64,000 bases of DNA from a virus (Duplodnaviria; Caudoviricetes): positions 32,001 to 96,000 of IMG/VR virus record IMGVR_UViG_3300032290_001460; one strand, 5' to 3'. Numbering within the stretch: the first letter of the stretch is position 1; the number at the start of each line of letters is the position of its first letter. Below are positions 39,270 through 49,406 of this stretch, in pieces. Both the position numbers and the translations under genes were made by a program. Below the pieces are notes generated by a model that searched no databases, was not told the origin of the DNA, and saw only the letters and a program-made list of their open reading frames with translations.

Positions 39270-40889
39270 ATGAAACACTTTGCGCTTATCAAAAATTTTG
39301 AGACAAACGATGTCTTCGCTATGGTCACCAAGCAAGACGACACCTTGTCCTTTCATGGGTACACCCCAGCAGGAGAACAATGGGCTAGATGGGCGTCATC
39401 AAATCAGGAAAAAGCATTAGAGGACGGACTTCCTCCAGAAGTATATTTTGGCAAGTTTCAGCCAATGGCCGACAACACTGAAGAAAATGTTGCAAATACA
39501 AAGTTTTTAGCAAAATCAATAGTCAACGAACATGAATCAATTAATCCCCCTGGACGTTCAGCAGAAATTAGAGTTTACGATATCGATTCACGTAAATCTA
39601 TAATCGACTACAAGGCTGTCGCTTTTAGAGCAGACACAAAATCACTTGAAGTAATGGCTTTTTCTAGAAAAAATTATCTAGCATTTGACCCTCACACTGC
39701 CTTATTCAAGTCTGCACCCCTGATGGAATCATCTCCAATACATGAAATTATTGTTGATAAATGGAAAGAATTGCCAATACGTACTTTTGGTAAAGAAATA
39801 TTTGAACAAAAAATGCTTATTATCAAAAATCGGCGTGAAGTCAATAAAGAAAATTTGATTGACATTCAAGAAAAAGGCATTGGTCGAGGCCTTAGATTTA
39901 TTGGTGGAAGATTTGACCCTAACGCTTTTGACGGTGACATGGATGGGCTCATCCAAGAAGGGACCGCTTTCCAACGTCCTGCACCTTTACGTAAGCCAGT
40001 ATCAAACATGTCTTCGTCAATGGGTAAAAACTTTGCTCGTCAAGGAATTATGAAAAGACGAGGTGTAGATACCTCGATTTCAAGAGAAACAGGGAAAGTT
40101 GACAAGTCCCCCGTTGGTGGTGGTCGTTTCCGTAAGGCGGGCGCAGAGATGGCTGCGTCTAGTAGTAGAAGTTCTCGTTCTGTAAAGATAGGTAAGCAAT
40201 ATAAGGGAATACCCGGCATTGATAGAGCATCTGATTCAGATGGGCAGATATGGGAGTCGTTGAGTGCTGATGAGAAGACGACGATAGCCGCACGTGCTGC
40301 GAAACTTGAACAACGACGTTTCAATCAACTGACCGGGATGACTCCTGGCGGTAGGCCTCAGCCTTTTCATAGGAAGTATGTTGCGCGTCAAAATTTTGAA
40401 CGTAATAGAGGTGGCGAATTAGATGGTCTTAATGGTTCTCTTGTAGAGCAAATGCAAACTTGGGTTGAAGATTACGTAAATAACGACAGTATTCCTTTGA
40501 AGGCTAGACTTGAAGTATTGCGTACTTATGATGATATGCTTGCTCTATATAATATGAGAACCATGAAACAAGATAAGCCTTATGAATTTTTGGAGCACCT
40601 ACATCCTGCTGCTCGTGCATCATTGTTTAATGATGAAAAGAATGATGATGGCAAAGTTACTAGTGTTTCACCTAAGGCGAAAGTTTCTACCGTAGAATCT
40701 ACAGCCTTTGGGCGTGCTGGTGGGTATGAAAAGAAATCTCCTGTTGCTAAGAAGCCTTCAGGTGCCCGCAGCGAAGTTGGAGACAATAGAGAAAAGCCTG
40801 CAAAGGTTGACTCCTCATTGCGCAAGTTTATTAATCGAGTTATGAATCCTTCACCAGACAAGGCTGCAAAACCTAAGAAAAATAATTAA
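39270..40889 (+). CDS. DGDxDG-tag protein, function unknown
   Basis: KGIG...FDPNAFDGDMDGLIQEGTAFQRP (39873-39980); SSSRSSRS at 40158. Confidence 0.75.
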   Translation: MKHFALIKNFETNDVFAMVTKQDDTLSFHGYTPAGEQWARWASSNQEKALEDGLPPEVYFGKFQPMADNTEENVANTKFLAKSIVNEHESINPPGRSAEIRVYDIDSRKSIIDYKAVAFRADTKSLEVMAFSRKNYLAFDPHTALFKSAPLMESSPIHEIIVDKWKELPIRTFGKEIFEQKMLIIKNRREVNKENLIDIQEKGIGRGLRFIGGRFDPNAFDGDMDGLIQEGTAFQRPAPLRKPVSNMSSSMGKNFARQGIMKRRGVDTSISRETGKVDKSPVGGGRFRKAGAEMAASSSRSSRSVKIGKQYKGIPGIDRASDSDGQIWESLSADEKTTIAARAAKLEQRRFNQLTGMTPGGRPQPFHRKYVARQNFERNRGGELDGLNGSLVEQMQTWVEDYVNNDSIPLKARLEVLRTYDDMLALYNMRTMKQDKPYEFLEHLHPAARASLFNDEKNDDGKVTSVSPKAKVSTVESTAFGRAGGYEKKSPVAKKPSGARSEVGDNREKPAKVDSSLRKFINRVMNPSPDKAAKPKKNN

Positions 40890-40892
40890 CTC

Positions 40893-43800
40893 ATGAATCC
40901 AAAATCATCGGCAACAATTGCAAAGATGAGAGCATTGCGCCAAGCGAAAGAACTTGGTTGCTCTGGGGCCCATCAGACAGAGGATGGTATTTGGCGTCCC
41001 TGTGCTAGTGCCGATGAATTAATTAAATTTGGCAAAATCAACGAGCAGGGTGATGACTCTAAGATTAGGGGTCGCTCTTCTCGTGGTGTAAATAAGATTC
41101 GTAGACAATGGGAAACTCCCAAAAGACGAGAATATGTTGCTGTTGACACCATCAGTAATGCTGATTTGGCTAATAGTATTTCGTTTAAAGCAGATTGGTA
41201 CGCCCCAAGCGATAATGACGTCGACGTATTCACAGACATTTCTTCAGCACAAAAACGTTCACGTCAACTTGGGTGCATAGGAGTCAGTAGAAGAGTTTCA
41301 AAGACAGGCAAAACTGTCTGGATGCCATGCACAAACATGACTGACTATTCACGCGTTGCAGGAACTACGGCCCTCGGTCGTCGCCATCTTAGAGAACAAG
41401 CCAAACGCACAATTCTGGATGTAGTAGAACAATCCAAGAAACCTTTAAAGAATAGAAAAAAGTCTCTACTTTCAGAGATGAGCATCAACCCTAATGTCAC
41501 CTTAGTTAAGGCTTTGGGTCCAAAAGTTGGCAATATTGGTCGACCATCTGGACCGGTTGCAGTTGACATCTCCGGAACGATTGACGCTGATATGGACGGT
41601 ATTGTTTTCGAGGGTACGCCAAAAGCAAGACCAATTATACCGAGAGTCAATACCCCCGACATCCAAAACTTAGACAATGTCTCGCAACAAGTTACTCCTG
41701 ATGTTCTTTCTCCTGAGGAACCTCAAGATACTGAAAAAAAGTTGCGTAGAAATCAAAGAGCCGCTGGTCTAGTAGCCAAAATTCGTACTAGTAGGTTAAA
41801 TAAATTGACACCTACTAACGATATGTATCGTAATTCAAACATATCAAAAATGATTAATGACTCCTTCCCATCCACGGAAGCGGAGTTGATGGAATCTCTG
41901 AAGTCAAATCCATATTCGCGTAAAAATTGGGAAAAAATACACGCTTCTATTGTTAAAGCAAAACCAGACTGGGAAGAAACAGCAAAAATTAAAGATTTCC
42001 TGTTAGATATGGCTGGTGAATCCGGGGATAATGGCGGCCTTCAGAAACTTATTCGTATGCATGGTTTGCCAACTGTCGTTGCAACAAAGAATCAACCTAG
42101 ACATAACCTTTTCCAACGCAAGTTTTGGGAATATACAACTGGGGCGTATCACAGTGATGGTTATATTGCGTTTAATGCTGGAGCGTTTGGGCGAAAGGGC
42201 TCATCATGGTGGATGGGCTATGACTCGATGTCTGATGCTGACTTGAAACATGATTTGCGTCATGAATTGGCGCATGCATTTCAGTTTATGGCCATAGCCC
42301 AGAATCAGCAGGCTAAAGATAATTTTGCTAATTCATTTGTTGACGACTTCATGACAACTTTAGAGAAGCCGGAAGATACGTCAAATAGACGAAGAACAAA
42401 ACTTTCAATGGACTTGTCGTGGGGGGAACCTGAGGAAATAGTAGATGCCCAAAAAATATCTGAATATGCCACTACTTCGCGAATTGAGTATTTTGCCGAA
42501 AGTCTTGCAACTGCACTAAGTGGGGATAGAAAAGAAATGTCCAAAATTAGTGGACAAACGATTTCTCATATGGCGGAATCCTTGGGCTTGTCAATGCCGG
42601 AGATGCTCGACATCATCGGCAGAAATAATGAAGGAGATTTTAATAATATAAATATTCTTTCACGTTCACGTTCTCAGAGAATCAATAAAATTGATAAGCC
42701 TTTAGTGGAATTTGCTAATAATAATCCCCAACTTCTCGACGAAATACCAATGCGCATCAGGAAAAATATGTCCCCCGAGGCTGTTGCTGCTGGTAGGGAA
42801 TTACGCATTGACGGACGTCGTGCATATTCTGTCGAGAGAACAGCAAATGGCACCGTGGTCGGTTCTGGCGGAATGGCTGTAACTAGAAAAATTATTGGCA
42901 ATGTAGATAATGATTTTAAAAATAAGCCTGATAAGAAATTGTACATGGTTGCAGGAACCAGTGGTTCTGGTAAGTCAACGCTAATTGAACGTGGATTGAT
43001 TCCCGATATGCCTACAGAAAAGATGGCAGCCCATTTAGATATTGACAGATTCAAGCAGGGCTTATCTGGGTACAATAATGGTGAAGGTGCAGTCAGAGTC
43101 CATCCAGCAGCACGGGCAGCCCTACAGAAGACTATTGATGCTTCTGCGGTAAAGGGAATTGATGTAGTGCTCCAAGGATACGGTAATGATTCTTCACAAT
43201 TGCGCCGAGCAAAATCTATGGGGTACGAGACTATAGGACACTTTGTTCATACTCCCAAGTCGGTTGCTAGTAAGCGTGTGGAAGATAGAGAAAAATCAGG
43301 CGGACCACAGATTGGTAGTGAATTAAGCCAAATTTTGTCTGATGAGTTACCTTCTATTGTTTCGCAACAGATACAACGTGGTTTATATGACGAATTTTAT
43401 TTGTGGGATAACAAAAAATCTTATGACGCCTTGGACCCTAATGCCAAATCGATTAAACCAGAGTTAATTGCCTATCGTAAAAATGATGGCTCCTATGCGA
43501 TAGAAAACGAATTTTTGTTCAATAAGTTTTTTGGTAATGAATCTAAAAATATTAAACAATATTGGGAAATGAATAATAATCAGGATGATGTTGACGAGAT
43601 TTCCGAGCCAAGTATTAATTCATATTCAGAAAATAATGGTCGAATAGAATACAAGAAATTTACTGGGTTTAATTCATCTAATGCCATAAAAGATGATGAT
43701 GTAAAAGATTCTGATATATCTAATTATGTTTTCGACAATCAGGTGTTCTCGGATAAAATAAATATGGCATCCAAGAATGCTAACCATTCATCATTTTCTT

Positions 43801-46800
43801 TCACAAAACTGAAAGAATCAAAATTTAATGCATCTAAATTGTTTGGTGCTAAATTTAATAGCGCAGATTTACGTGATGCTGATTTTAATTCATTAAATGA
43901 CAAGCAGATAACTGACTTGAGATATGCAGATTTTTCTAATGCTATTTTAACTAACGCCAATATGCGAGGAGCACTTCTTCAGGGGACGCATTTCGCTCAT
44001 GCAGATTTAAGGAATGTGGACTTCCGTTCAGCAAATCTCCTTAATAGTAATTTGGATGGGGCAAACCTTGCTGGTGCAAACTTGAGTAACGCAAAAGTTC
44101 TTAAATCGCAATTAACTAATTCTAGGTGGAATGGTTCAACAATATTCCCAGATGGTTTCGTTCCACCAGAAATGACCCCCATCCGTCTAGACGAGCCATC
44201 GCCACGTCGACTTCCAGGGATATTTGATAGTGGGACAGACGACGCAGATAAACTCCGCCCATACGTAAAGAGTGGATTTGTTGGAATGAACGGCGCAGAC
44301 AATGCCGACATTTCGATACCTGGAAGAGACTTGAGTTACGCCACAATTATGTCAAGTAATTTTGACAATAGTAATCTTGAAGGTTCCAATTTGTTTGAGT
44401 CAGACATAGTTGAGTCATCGATGGTGAATGTTTTACTATCAAATTCAGATATGCGTAGTTCACGTCTTGACAATGTTGACTTTAGCAATTCCAGAATGAA
44501 TGGTTCCAATTTAGATGGAGCAACGATTTCGAATAATACTAGTTTCAATGGGACAAAATTGCGTAATTCGCGTTTGACGAATATGACTTTCGAAAATGAA
44601 CCAGATTTCAGTGGGGCAGATTTGCGTAATGCAAATTTATCAAATACTGATTTGTCATCGATACTGACAGATGAATTGACAAATTTAGATGGTGCGCTGT
44701 TCTCTTCGTCAAAACATTATCCAAAAATCTACAAAGGTCAACCTACAGTCCTCATGCCATTTGCAGATACAACCAATTCTTATAATAGTGACATTCTGGA
44801 TACTGATAGTCCCATTTTTCAAGGTCTTGACAGCACGAAATTATTGGAATTTGTAGAAAAAAATCTTTATAGCAAAAACCAGAAATCCACCTATAGGGGC
44901 CTCTCTGTCGATGACTGGAAGCAACACCTAGATAGCGTTGATTCGCATATTATTGACAATAATGATGCCATTGCACATTTGGGTAACAGGAACGATGCTG
45001 TCTCCAAAGACGTTGAATCGTTAAAGAACTTCCGCTTGCCAGATGGTTCATCAATCGATGTCTTGGCTTACACAGCCCATAACTCGCCCAATAAATTCAT
45101 AGCAGACGTCAATGAACGACGAGACAAAAATCCTGATGCTTTTAAAAATCCCAACCCAGAACTTCTCTGGGAAAGAGCAATGTCAGTTCGGGAACAAGAG
45201 AAGCGTTTGCTTCAACAAAATACAGAACTTCAGGAACGCAAGAAAGAACTTAATCGCTTATTGAACTTAAGTAAGACAATTGATGCGCTCTATGTTAACA
45301 ACATATATAAGAATAATGATAAACCCATTGAAGACCCATCAGCAAATTTAATAGAACTAAATGTGTCGGTACAAAATGTTGAAACATTAACAAATTTCAG
45401 CCCCCGTGCTGCTCGTAAAATCAACAGGGCCGTCAATAAACTCGTAGACAACGACTTCGTTGTTAGTTCTAGGTCCAAGCGCGATACGAAGAAGAGTTTT
45501 GCTCCTAAGAAGACAAGTAAAGAAAAACTTGATTCGATGTACCAGGCAATGACTGATGCGTTAATAGCATCTCTAGAAGATGCAAAAGACGGTAATTGGG
45601 AGCGCCCTTGGAAACTGAACGGGATGCCCAGAAACGCCATAACAGGAAAACCATATGCTGGAGGAAACAGCGTAATTTTGGCTCTTGTCGAAAATGGTAA
45701 GGGTTACGAAATGCCAGTATGGATGACTTTCAAGCAGGCGAAAGCACTTGGCGGTACCGTTCGTGCTGGAGAAAAGGGGACCGAATGTGTTTATTGGGCT
45801 CGTAGAGAATCAACAAAAGTTGGAACTGATGGGGATGAAGAAAAATCAAGTTTCTTAGTCGCAAATTTCTTTCATGTATTCAATATTGCGCAGACCGATG
45901 GGATTGACCCGGAACGTTTCAAGATTGAAGAATTGTCACCAGAGCAACGATTAGAGGCATTAGATAAGATTGTTTCCGAATTAGCACCATCATTAGTTGA
46001 AGGAACTGGCGATAAGAATCGTGCCTATTATTCTCCTTCTACCGATGGCATTAATATGCCCCCGTTTGGTTACTTCAAAGACCCATTGTCTTATTATCAG
46101 ACACTTATGCACGAGTTGGTGCACTGGACTGGACATACGAGTCGCTTGGACCGTCCAAACATGAACCAGCATGGAACCCCAGAATACGCCTATGAGGAAC
46201 TTGTTGCCGAAATTGGTTCAGTGTTCTTGATGGGTATTCTAGGTTTAGAGCCGGAGCCACAAGAGGGCCATTCAATCTATATTGCTGGATGGCTAACGAA
46301 GTTAAAGAATGACCCGGATATGGTTCGTAAAGCATCTGCAGAAGCGCAAAAGGCAGTCAACTTACTTTTGGGCAAGTCTCCAACTTTGCAAGCAGAGTAT
46401 GACCGCGGATTCCCAGATGTTGACGAGACTCTTGATGCTGGTGAAAAAGTTATTGATGATTCACTACAAGTCGTTGAAGATGTTGTGGACAGCGTAACGT
46501 CCGTGGGAGATAGTTCCAGGTCCAAGAGACTTCCGTCGCCAGGAGAGGCCCCTCTCGAATCTATTGCAGCAATAATAGAAACAAGAGACAACTGGTTGGT
46601 CGATTTCTCAAACTCTCGTTGGCTATCAGCATTTGGCTCCCCTATTGTGGAGCAAAGCGAAAATCATCCTCACGTTCCAGTAGTTCGTTTCCCCCGTATT
46701 CCGATACTTGATAAATCTACAGGATTATCTGATGAAGATTTTGCATTAATTGATTCCGTTGAATACTTAACTAAGGAACAAAAAGATGCTCTCAGGGATT

Positions 46801-49115
46801 TCGGCGAACAAGAAAGACTGCGCCGTTCCAAACTGACTACGGGGTGGAAGGTTAACCCACAATCTCTCAACGACCGTGGGCCCTCATTTATGAGGCTTGA
46901 GAAAAAATTAGAATTAGTAAATAGTGATGGCGAAACTTTATTTACTTCAAAGAAAATTAAATTACAAAAAAAGAATTCATTCAACAATCAAGAAGTGGAA
47001 TATATTTTTGTTCCTAGAACTTTTTTTTCACTCTATGATGGCGATGATTTGTCTCAAGCAATTTTTGTATTAAATGCCGAACTATCTAAATTTGATATTA
47101 GCAATATAAGCATAGATGATTTATTTGATTTTCCTGATACAGAAAATGGTCAATGGATTCGTGAACAATTAAATAAATTCATCGAATACCGCAAGAATTC
47201 AGACAGATTCCTTGAACAAATAAACGGTGGATTTAAAACACTTTCCGAAGAAGCAAAAAAGACTGCTTCTAGTATTGAAGAAATAGATACTTCCGAAATC
47301 GAGGATATTGATGTATTGGATGGCGTATTCACCCATACCAAAGATAGAATTCAGGCTATCAAAACAGGACAAATAGGAGCCATAGACCAAATAGGTGGAG
47401 TTGAACATGAATTTGGCCATATCGCTCTTGGTTTGGGTTTCGATAGACATGGTGACTTTGCATCACAATATGCCGCCCATCTCATGCATGGAGGCCAGCC
47501 GTACATAGGTATAGTAGTCAACGCAATTAACTCCATACAGGCTGGAGGTTTTGCTCGCGACGAAAACGGTAATAATGATGGTACTTTCGTTATCCCACTG
47601 TGGTCGGATGTACCAGAATCCATGTGGGGCTGGCCAGATGGTTCGTCGTCTCGTTCGACTAGGGGTAGTCGTGGCGCTCCTTCATTTGCCAAGAACCTCA
47701 AGAATGAAGAAGATATTCCCGATACTGGTGTTGCCCCATTAACAAAAGATGGATATCTGGATGTTCCTCAGCCTATTGAAGTTGGAAATAAAGCGGAACT
47801 CCCAAATGGTGAAACAATGGTTCTTGATTCCCCTGAAGCATCTATAAATTTTGTTTCTCAAGGTGGCTCACTTTCCCAAGTACCAGACACACATTTAGCA
47901 CAAGCAATAAAAGATAATGCTAGTCAAAATCCGCAAGATGGAAAACGTTTTAATGTTTTGGGTTCAGGTGGAGGCGTACATGGCATGCTCCGTCTGGAAG
48001 ATACCACCAATGGCGGAATGATTGGTTTTAAATACTCTAATGGTCTTGGTGGGTATGGTGAACTCCTTGAAGATGGACCACGCAATGAAGTTATTTCAGA
48101 AATTGTTGCTGAAATATTTGGTTTTCCCGCCATGCCAATGAGACTGGTTCGTCGAGACGCTAAAGATTTTGCTCCAGGTGAACCTACATTCTCCCTTATT
48201 ACTAATTTGGCCCATAATTCTTATACTGGCCAACTAACACCAGGCGGCGCAAATTATGCTGACCGTAAAAGTTCGTTTTCTAATTCAATTTTCTGGGGAG
48301 AGCAAGTCGCGTCGCTAGAGCAACGTCTTAGGATGCTCTTACTAGATTCTGTAATAGCAAATGAAGATAGACATAGAATGAATATGCTAGTTTCTACTGA
48401 TGATAATGGAAATTCATCATTGATACCCATTGACCATTCTTGGGGCCTTGAGAGGCGTCTTCCAGGGCATCCTTCAAAAAAGGGTGTAAATTTTCTTGAA
48501 GAAGTATTCTTGTACGAAAGAGGAACTTCAAGCAGAAGAGATTTTCCATTTAATGATGTTTTTCTTACGATTGATAGTGAAGAAAAATATTCTGAATTTA
48601 TTAAAATTATTGAAGAAATACAAAAAGAAGTTAGTTCTGCAGATATTCAAGATGCGACAAATCGCATGAAAAAGGTTAATGAAATAGTCAATACTACTGA
48701 GAATGTTGATTTTGCAGATAATCTTACTTGGAGTTTGTCCGACCTTAGGGATAGGTTGGATAGATTCTTAGGGGCTGATGCTGAGGAAATTGCTGGCCGT
48801 ATTTTACCTAAAGAAATTATTGGACATAATGCTGCGATTAATAAAGCACTTTCGCTGGATAGAATGCTGACACAAGAAGAGTTAATTGAAATTGCAGAAA
48901 AATATAAGTCGGATGCAAGATTGTTGAAACTAGCCGTACTGGCCTTTTTGGAAAGTATCGAAATGATTGAACCTCCAAAAAATTATTCGGTACGCCCATC
49001 CGTTGACCGTCATAGGTCGTCATATCAAGATGCAATGGAATTTTACTTAAGAGATAAAGATGCTTATGAGGCATTCATTAAAAAAATTCCGCCCGACCAG
49101 AGACTGGATTCATAG
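40893..49115 (+). CDS. Giant polyvalent protein (2740 aa): 2x LGC-WxPC, tag, zincin, zeta-like kinase, pentapeptide repeats, ArdC+MPTase, FDRHG domain, HipA-like kinase
   Basis: LGCSGAH..WRPC and LGCIG..WMPC; HELAH..SEYATTSRIEYFAE (42261); AGTSGSGKST..DID.FK (42950); A(D/N)L pentapeptides (43780-44700); WERPW/PRN..TGKPY.G.N/WMTFKQA and AYYSP..D/HELVHWTGH/YAYEELVAEIGS; HEFGH..FDRHG (47406); NEV...N.DRH..N..PIDHS (48366). Confidence 0.85.
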   Translation: MNPKSSATIAKMRALRQAKELGCSGAHQTEDGIWRPCASADELIKFGKINEQGDDSKIRGRSSRGVNKIRRQWETPKRREYVAVDTISNADLANSISFKADWYAPSDNDVDVFTDISSAQKRSRQLGCIGVSRRVSKTGKTVWMPCTNMTDYSRVAGTTALGRRHLREQAKRTILDVVEQSKKPLKNRKKSLLSEMSINPNVTLVKALGPKVGNIGRPSGPVAVDISGTIDADMDGIVFEGTPKARPIIPRVNTPDIQNLDNVSQQVTPDVLSPEEPQDTEKKLRRNQRAAGLVAKIRTSRLNKLTPTNDMYRNSNISKMINDSFPSTEAELMESLKSNPYSRKNWEKIHASIVKAKPDWEETAKIKDFLLDMAGESGDNGGLQKLIRMHGLPTVVATKNQPRHNLFQRKFWEYTTGAYHSDGYIAFNAGAFGRKGSSWWMGYDSMSDADLKHDLRHELAHAFQFMAIAQNQQAKDNFANSFVDDFMTTLEKPEDTSNRRRTKLSMDLSWGEPEEIVDAQKISEYATTSRIEYFAESLATALSGDRKEMSKISGQTISHMAESLGLSMPEMLDIIGRNNEGDFNNINILSRSRSQRINKIDKPLVEFANNNPQLLDEIPMRIRKNMSPEAVAAGRELRIDGRRAYSVERTANGTVVGSGGMAVTRKIIGNVDNDFKNKPDKKLYMVAGTSGSGKSTLIERGLIPDMPTEKMAAHLDIDRFKQGLSGYNNGEGAVRVHPAARAALQKTIDASAVKGIDVVLQGYGNDSSQLRRAKSMGYETIGHFVHTPKSVASKRVEDREKSGGPQIGSELSQILSDELPSIVSQQIQRGLYDEFYLWDNKKSYDALDPNAKSIKPELIAYRKNDGSYAIENEFLFNKFFGNESKNIKQYWEMNNNQDDVDEISEPSINSYSENNGRIEYKKFTGFNSSNAIKDDDVKDSDISNYVFDNQVFSDKINMASKNANHSSFSFTKLKESKFNASKLFGAKFNSADLRDADFNSLNDKQITDLRYADFSNAILTNANMRGALLQGTHFAHADLRNVDFRSANLLNSNLDGANLAGANLSNAKVLKSQLTNSRWNGSTIFPDGFVPPEMTPIRLDEPSPRRLPGIFDSGTDDADKLRPYVKSGFVGMNGADNADISIPGRDLSYATIMSSNFDNSNLEGSNLFESDIVESSMVNVLLSNSDMRSSRLDNVDFSNSRMNGSNLDGATISNNTSFNGTKLRNSRLTNMTFENEPDFSGADLRNANLSNTDLSSILTDELTNLDGALFSSSKHYPKIYKGQPTVLMPFADTTNSYNSDILDTDSPIFQGLDSTKLLEFVEKNLYSKNQKSTYRGLSVDDWKQHLDSVDSHIIDNNDAIAHLGNRNDAVSKDVESLKNFRLPDGSSIDVLAYTAHNSPNKFIADVNERRDKNPDAFKNPNPELLWERAMSVREQEKRLLQQNTELQERKKELNRLLNLSKTIDALYVNNIYKNNDKPIEDPSANLIELNVSVQNVETLTNFSPRAARKINRAVNKLVDNDFVVSSRSKRDTKKSFAPKKTSKEKLDSMYQAMTDALIASLEDAKDGNWERPWKLNGMPRNAITGKPYAGGNSVILALVENGKGYEMPVWMTFKQAKALGGTVRAGEKGTECVYWARRESTKVGTDGDEEKSSFLVANFFHVFNIAQTDGIDPERFKIEELSPEQRLEALDKIVSELAPSLVEGTGDKNRAYYSPSTDGINMPPFGYFKDPLSYYQTLMHELVHWTGHTSRLDRPNMNQHGTPEYAYEELVAEIGSVFLMGILGLEPEPQEGHSIYIAGWLTKLKNDPDMVRKASAEAQKAVNLLLGKSPTLQAEYDRGFPDVDETLDAGEKVIDDSLQVVEDVVDSVTSVGDSSRSKRLPSPGEAPLESIAAIIETRDNWLVDFSNSRWLSAFGSPIVEQSENHPHVPVVRFPRIPILDKSTGLSDEDFALIDSVEYLTKEQKDALRDFGEQERLRRSKLTTGWKVNPQSLNDRGPSFMRLEKKLELVNSDGETLFTSKKIKLQKKNSFNNQEVEYIFVPRTFFSLYDGDDLSQAIFVLNAELSKFDISNISIDDLFDFPDTENGQWIREQLNKFIEYRKNSDRFLEQINGGFKTLSEEAKKTASSIEEIDTSEIEDIDVLDGVFTHTKDRIQAIKTGQIGAIDQIGGVEHEFGHIALGLGFDRHGDFASQYAAHLMHGGQPYIGIVVNAINSIQAGGFARDENGNNDGTFVIPLWSDVPESMWGWPDGSSSRSTRGSRGAPSFAKNLKNEEDIPDTGVAPLTKDGYLDVPQPIEVGNKAELPNGETMVLDSPEASINFVSQGGSLSQVPDTHLAQAIKDNASQNPQDGKRFNVLGSGGGVHGMLRLEDTTNGGMIGFKYSNGLGGYGELLEDGPRNEVISEIVAEIFGFPAMPMRLVRRDAKDFAPGEPTFSLITNLAHNSYTGQLTPGGANYADRKSSFSNSIFWGEQVASLEQRLRMLLLDSVIANEDRHRMNMLVSTDDNGNSSLIPIDHSWGLERRLPGHPSKKGVNFLEEVFLYERGTSSRRDFPFNDVFLTIDSEEKYSEFIKIIEEIQKEVSSADIQDATNRMKKVNEIVNTTENVDFADNLTWSLSDLRDRLDRFLGADAEEIAGRILPKEIIGHNAAINKALSLDRMLTQEELIEIAEKYKSDARLLKLAVLAFLESIEMIEPPKNYSVRPSVDRHRSSYQDAMEFYLRDKDAYEAFIKKIPPDQRLDS

Positions 49116-49370
49116 ATGAGATACATATATTTGACATCAGATAAGTTAATGGATACACCAGAGTCCGTGGTAACTATTGATGGTGATGAAGTGAAAGTTT
49201 ATTCTGCATCTTTGGATTTTAAGAAGATTCTTGAGGATGTCATTCAGGGCAGTTCTGGTCAAAAACTTGAAGATAAATTCAGTCGCATGTCATACTATTC
49301 TACTGAATTCGGTGATATGAATTCTGAGATGGAAGCGGTTATCAAAAAATTAGAAAGAACTGAAAAGTAA
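49116..49370 (+). CDS. Small acidic hypothetical protein (candidate immunity/partner)
   Basis: 84 aa; ATG immediately follows the TAG of the kinase-terminated ORF. Confidence 0.6.
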   Translation: MRYIYLTSDKLMDTPESVVTIDGDEVKVYSASLDFKKILEDVIQGSSGQKLEDKFSRMSYYSTEFGDMNSEMEAVIKKLERTEK

Positions 49371-49406
49371 CAATAATTTTACTTATTGCCAAGGAGGAGG
49401 TGTGTT

